DNA from: Dipteris shenzhenensis
Taxonomy: Eukaryota
Reading direction: 5' to 3' (one strand)
DNA length: 64,000 nt
Assembly: GCA_047967505.1 (NCBI GenBank)
Contig: CM106538.1
Under the pieces are notes generated by a model. That model did not search any database and was not told the DNA's origin. It was given only the letters and a program-made list of their open reading frames with translations. Positions 62,319 through 64,000 of this stretch are shown in pieces (position 1 is the first letter of the stretch; each line of letters begins with the position of its first letter). A program made the position numbers and the translations under genes.

Positions 62319-64000
62319 GGTTTGATGGAATGTAATGCTCAGTCCTTCGATTCCCCAGAATCATCATCTTGAGGGAAGGCCTACTTCATGATGTTGATCT
62401 TGAGGGAAGGTGTTGAGAGTTCACGCTCAACATCATGTGATCATGTGTGCATAGCACCATCACGTGATCATATGTGCATAGCACTAACCTTATAGAGTGC
62501 TATAAAGGAAAGGGTTAGATCCCCTAACCCTAACCCTAAAAGGGTTTGTATATATTCTATTTTTTCAACTAAATCTAGTGTACAGTTAGTCATTTGTGGT
62601 GTGCTCTCTAGCTGTGCCCTCTCTCCTCATCTCCACTCTTCTCCTCTCCCCTCTTCATATTTTGTCATGGTATCAGAGCATGGTTCTGCCTTCTGCTGAG
62701 GCACCATCCTTCTTGAGAGTGCGAGAGAGATTGTGAGATTGAGAGTTCTCTTGAGTGTTCTCCGTGAGAGTCCACTTCCGGTGAGAGATCTTCATCCATT
62801 CATTTGAGAGAAAATTTCCATCATTCCTTAAGAGATTTCCATTCATTTCTTGAGATTTCCTTGTGAGGATTTCAATTCATTTTGTGAGACTTCCAATGTG
62901 AGAGAGAGAGATATGCTCCTTCATTTCTTGAGAGAATTTTGATTGAGAGCTTATATTTTCATTATTGAGAGAAGAGTGAGAGAGCTTACAAAGCTCGGAT
63001 ATAGGGAGAGTTCATTGAGAGAAAAGAGAAAAGCTAAGGGCCGCCTCGATTAATCACTTACACGCAAATCTGCGAGGTCCTCTCTCGAGAAGAGAGCGCA
63101 AAATGGATGTGGACGACAAGCAAGGAGTTCTCCTATTAAGAGAAATAGGGAGAGTGTAAGAGGTAGTCTGTACATCAACTTTGAGACAGCCAGCATCTAC
63201 AGTTGCCTCTCCATCTACTCCAAAACAACAAGGGCGGCCGACTAGCTACAACGACTTCATCGAGTAGGCACCGAAATCTTTGGAGGAAACGATGACAAAA
63301 TATGAAGAAGCCTTATCTGCACTTCCAATCGGCTAAGCCTTGTCTAAGCTTCCAATTGACTGGATCGTCTCTGCCATCCTCAACGAGCAGCCTAATGAAG
63401 GCTTCACGAGCCATAGCGTCACCAATGACCTTCTGGTCGGCACTTCAACGACTTCAGAGGCCTTCAACAGTTAGTCATTGTGAGCCTCCTCCACCCTCAT
63501 GGAAATCAGTGTCGTGACCTTGGAGTCTGCACAAGCTACGCCTTCAACCTCCAGCCATGGACTTCAGACGGGCTCCCGAACAGCAAAGCTGCCTCCAACT
63601 AGCACAACAGCGATCTACGTCAACTTCGACTTTGGCACCTTTACCTGCATCTGCAACTGGCTGCAGCAACTTCTCCTTCAATCGACAGCTGCCCTCATAG
63701 CTCTTAGAACATGGACGTCGATTGTCATAGCCAGAGCTCCCTCAACGACCAAAGCATCCCTGACCCTGCAGTCTCCACAGGCTGCGCCATCGACAAGGGA
63801 CTCCAACCCTTCAGTACTCGAAGCTATTGTCTTGTAGCACGACAAAAGCTTACGAGCACTGCCATTCAAGCCTCTCCAGCCTAGCCTAGGCTCTTCTCTC
63901 TACTGCGCGTCCTTTCTCTCTACTATCCGGGATCCAACTAGCACACGGGCTTTGCCGCCCCCATCCACAGCGCTACGACTTGCACAGCATCCTGCCTCGC
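62319..64000 (+). mobile_element. Copia B3: ~90 bp of 3' UTR with PPT, LTR, PBS and leader with variable cassette; runs off the window
   Basis: 62319-62410 matches B1 10009-10100 (reverse complement); LTR 62411-62667; PBS 62668-62679. Confidence 0.95.

Noticed and set aside
63780-64000. PPR-like words in cargo slots (GSARKLL, EGLES, AACG; GCVEH..EAL near 22985-23030)
   Set aside because: Too short and degenerate to support without a search

Overview
Gene-free, transposon-saturated land-plant DNA; a seed-free plant such as a fern is plausible but is inference only. No intact host gene, rRNA, tRNA gene or CRISPR array is visible. The window is a nest of decayed mobile elements. It holds Ty1/Copia-type LTR families (labelled here A, B, C, F, G, H and a TRIM J), Ty3/Gypsy elements (D, E, I) and LINE fragments. 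It also holds DNA-transposon remnants (Sola2-like, CACTA, a possible Ulp1-like peptidase), a TGCTAAG satellite and microsatellites. Most interesting observation: Copia family B and its non-autonomous relative C carry a hypervariable cassette at a fixed position in the 5' leader, different in each of four copies. The antisense strand of this cassette holds host-gene pieces: a clear ABCB transporter fragment and many short NLR LRR/NB-ARC-like snippets. Second: Gypsy family D has non-canonical TATTA...TAATA LTR ends, a tRNA-His primer-binding site and an unknown extra ORF upstream of gag. All family and motif assignments were made by eye and need database confirmation.
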